Source of the DNA: Tubulanus polymorphus
Lineage: Eukaryota; Animalia; Nemertea
NCBI RefSeq assembly: GCF_964204645.1
Contig: NC_134031.1
Span: 10,852,088-10,916,087 of the forward strand
Reading direction: 5' to 3'
DNA: 64,000 nt
Notes under the pieces: model-generated
What the model was told of the DNA's origin: nothing
The model's database searches: none
The model's input: only the letters and a program-made list of their open reading frames with translations
Program-made: the position numbers and the translations under genes
Shown: positions 60,725-64,000 of the stretch, piece by piece
Numbering within the stretch: the first letter of the stretch is position 1
How the letters are laid out: the number at the start of each line of letters is the position of its first letter

Positions 60725-61956
60725 ATGGAAGGAGGTAAAGTATATAAACATATTCCATACATCGATACACATGAAAATAATGATGGTTTATATTATGTAA
60801 TACCTTGTAATATAGCTTTGATATTTGATCCTATTTCAAAATTTATAAAACTAAACTAATAGAAATCGATAATAATAAAAGTGGTGTTGTTGATAATTTA
60901 AGTAATGTAATTGATAATAATGTAATACCTTCTACATCTAATAATGTATTACCTTCTACATCTAATAATGTAATATCTTCTACATCTAATAATGTAATAC
61001 CTTCTACATCTAATAATGTAATACCTTCTACATCGAATAATGCAATACCTTCTACATCTAATAATGATAAGATTGAACCGGATATCAAAACCAAAAAGAC
61101 AAATGAAAAATATTGTGATGTATGTAAGAAATATATATCATATAAAAATTGGGCATCACATAAGAAATCAAATAAACATATAGAAAAAGAAAAGAATAAT
61201 AATGATAATAATATATCTGATAATAATATAATAGATTATATCATAGATAATGTTAATACAATTGAAACAAATGATATCATAGATAATATAACAGATAATG
61301 TTGATACAATTGAAACTAATGATAATGAAACAATTGACGATTCTAAAAAACATTGTAACATTTGTGATTTAGATATTTCTAAAAGTAATTTTTCTAAACA
61401 TAAAAAATCTCAAGCGCATATCGAAAATGGAAGGAAGTTAGAAGAACATGAAAAGAAATTAGAAGAAATAGAAAGAAATGAAACGTGTCAATATTGTAAT
61501 AAAAAAATTGAACCTGTTGATGAAAATACTCATTATAAATCAAAGTTACATCTAATTAATGTTTATAAAATGGTGAGTATGATACCATTGTTAAATAACC
61601 CAAATAAATATATCAAATATTTTAATCCTAAAACTAACCAATATTATATATTCTATAAGTTGTTATTTGATAAATTATTAGATTATGCAGAAGATAATCC
61701 TGAACAAATATATGAATTATTATATTTTAGGAAAATAGATTTAAGTTATCTAATAAAACATTTTGGATATCAATTTGATTTTGATAATGATGATTTTGAT
61801 GAATACTTAGAAAAATTAAGAGAAAAAGCTAATATACCTACTAATTATCATTCAAAGATGACTCGACTAAAATTAATAAATCTACCTAAGACTTTTGATG
61901 AATTAGATATAAACAGAGATGATTTTATAAATGTATTAGAAACAAAATTAGAATAA
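60725..61956 (+). pseudogene. multi-zinc-finger protein, 1-bp frameshift near 60835
   Basis: CCTATTTCAAA versus CCTATTTTCAAA in B. Confidence 0.8.
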
Positions 61957-62090
61957 TTATTATAAAACTAATTTATATATCTATGTACTAGACGTACGTA
62001 AGAATTCTTACTTTCTTACTTTCTTAGCAAGAATCTTGGATTCTTACGTACGTCTAGTATATAGAAATATAAATTAGTTTCTATAATATT
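61957..62090. repeat. central hairpin, reduced to one unit
   Basis: 252 bp shorter than B; CTAGACGTACGTAAGAAT...ATTCTTACGTACGTCTAG. Confidence 0.88.
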
Positions 62091-62103
62091 CCAAATTAGG
62101 ATT

Positions 62104-62715
62104 TTATTTTATAAATTTATATTCATAGCGAAATTGTAGTCTCAGTAATAATTTTGAACCTTTATTATTCTTTAATTTATTCATATATTCATCATGTAAT
62201 TCAGTAGGTATAATTTGATTTTATTCAAATGATTGTTGCATAGATTTTCTATCTCTATTGTAGAATAAAACTAGAAATCTTATATTCTCCCTAAAGTCTT
62301 TAACAATTGAATTATATTTTTGATTTAAAACCCATGTTGTTATCCCAAAATGTCTCCCAGAGAAAGCTAAGTAACATAACTCACTTTCTCTCACTTTTGA
62401 ATCATGTAAATTAGCGCAATCATCTACAATGAATAATGTATTTGATCCTTTATAAGTATCAATTGCTATTTTTATGCAATTATCTAAATTTTCTTTTACT
62501 GTTTTAGGATCTAATATAATAAACTTTTTTATTTTAACTATATCTCTATTATATGTTTTATTCATTTCATAAGTAGGACAGAATAATATTATATTATCAA
62601 AATGATTCTTATAAATAGTTTCTAACAAATCTAATATGAAATGTGTTTTACCACAGTTTGTTACCCCAGTAACTAACATATTATGCGGTTCAAATATAAA
62701 TAAATCTTTATTCAT
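62104..62715 (-). pseudogene. packaging ATPase, premature stop
   Basis: Duplicate of 34841-35452. Confidence 0.9.
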
Positions 62716-64000
62716 TTATTCTTTTAATTTTACTAGATAAAATCCATTCATTAAATTTATCATCATATCCTTTATATTTCACCAAAGAATACTTTTTTCC
62801 TTTAAGAGTTTTTGTTTTCAATACCTTTTCTATTTTGTATTCTATTTCATCTGGATTTGGTACTAATGATAATTCTTGTTCATAGAAATAACCTAATATT
62901 TCTTCATCTTTTAGATCTTCTAGTTTATAAACAAATGGTTTAGTTAATATTATCTTTTTAATCTTGAATATTTCTTCAGTAAAATTTGGGGTATAACCTT
63001 TATAAAATGTTTTTCGATATTTAGAAATTCTAACATGTTGTCCTATTTTAAATTTAGGTTCTCCAAAATCATGTGTAACAAATGCTCCATATAAATTATT
63101 CCAAACTATTTCTGAATTTTCTTCTTTTCTAGCTTGTATAGGTTTCATATTTATAGAACTATGTTTAGAATTATTATAACCTTTAACTAAATCATCTAAC
63201 ACATTGATATATTTATATGTTTCATTAGCAGTGGTTCCACATTCTAGTTTTCAATGTTTTATTAAATCTTTCTATAATAGATGCTTTTTTATCTGAATGT
63301 GTTGAAAAATAATCTACATTGTTATCAGATAATAGTTTTTTTAAATGTTTATTATAGAATTCCTTACCTTCATCAAATTGTATCTTATCTGGAATAGCTT
63401 CTTTAAATATTGATTTAAAAGCATTTGTCATTTCTATACCAGTTTTATTTTTGATTGGAATTGACCATGCGTATCTACTGAATATGTCTATAACATTTAA
63501 TATCCAGAAATATCCTTTGTTGTATTCCTCTAAGTTCTTCATGTCAATTACCACAGTTTGTTACCCCAGTAACTAACATATTATGCGGTTCAAATATAAA
63601 TAAATCTTTATTCATTTATTCTTTTAATTTTACTAGATAAAATCCATTCATTAAATTTATCATCATATCCTTTATATTTCACCAAAGAATACTTTTTTCC
63701 TTTAAGAGTTTTTGTTTTCAATACTTTTTCTATTTTGTATTCTATTTCATCTGGATTTGGTACAAGTGATAATTCTTGTTCATAGAAATAACCTAATATT
63801 TCTTCATCTTTTAGATCTTCTAGTTTATAAACAAATGGTTTAGTTAATATTATCTTTTTAATCTTGAATATTTCTTTTGTAAAATTTGGGGTATAACCTT
63901 TATAAAATGTTTTTTCTATATTTAGATATTCTAACGTGTTGTCCAATTTTAGATTTAGGTTCTCCAAAATCATGTGTAACAAACGCACCATATAAATTAT
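62708..64000 (-). pseudogene. tandem partial integrase copies
   Basis: Duplicate of 35445-~36740. Confidence 0.88.

Larger units (their letters stand above)
51686..64000 (+). repeat. segmental duplicate of 24176-~36740 (flank plus Polinton B)
   Basis: Starts TAACATAGGAAAAACC in both; offset 27510 then shifts by +38, -32, -1, -252 at discrete indels. Confidence 0.95.
52176..64000 (+). mobile_element. Polinton copy D (duplicate of B, runs off window)
   Basis: Same left junction and shared inactivating mutations as B. Confidence 0.95.

Noticed and set aside
1-64000. Bacteriophage/prophage or free virus genome
   Set aside because: Interleaved LINE and MULE relics, chromodomain integrase and pervasive pseudogenisation indicate endogenous elements in a eukaryotic chromosome

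Overview
AT-rich eukaryotic (probably invertebrate animal) DNA, almost entirely transposable-element or viral in origin, with no recognisable host gene. It is dominated by a cluster of related endogenous Polinton/Maverick-type viruses (polintoviruses). Copy A runs from before the window to ~15960. An inverted left-end fragment A' lies at 15961-17679. Copy B is at 24666-39176 and inverted, truncated copy C at 41716-51685. Copy D (52176 to the window end) is a segmental duplicate of B plus 490 bp of flank. The consensus gene set is a protein-primed PolB, minor and major capsid proteins, an A32/FtsK-type packaging ATPase, a chromodomain-bearing rve integrase, a zinc-finger protein, an optional NCLDV-type HNH nuclease and about 7 predicted membrane proteins; no adenain-like protease is visible. 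Between the copies lie a LINE (APE+RT), a MULE transposase relic, a possible CACTA relic and a foldback/minisatellite element. Most notable: (1) nearly every viral gene starts at TAAATG or TAAAATG preceded by either an A-tract or a T-tract, resembling poxvirus intermediate and late promoters, although the element encodes no RNA polymerase, which suggests a virophage-like dependence on a cytoplasmic large DNA virus; (2) each intact terminus is itself a 190-320 bp self-complementary hairpin (AGTAATAGGG...CCCTATTACT); (3) the zinc-finger module and the adjacent central inverted repeat are swapped together between copies; (4) one end carries a CCAAT-array/kappaB-like/TATA Pol II-type promoter; (5) the major capsid ORF is intact in all copies while PolB is broken in all. 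Family assignments rest on motif recognition by eye; no searches were run.
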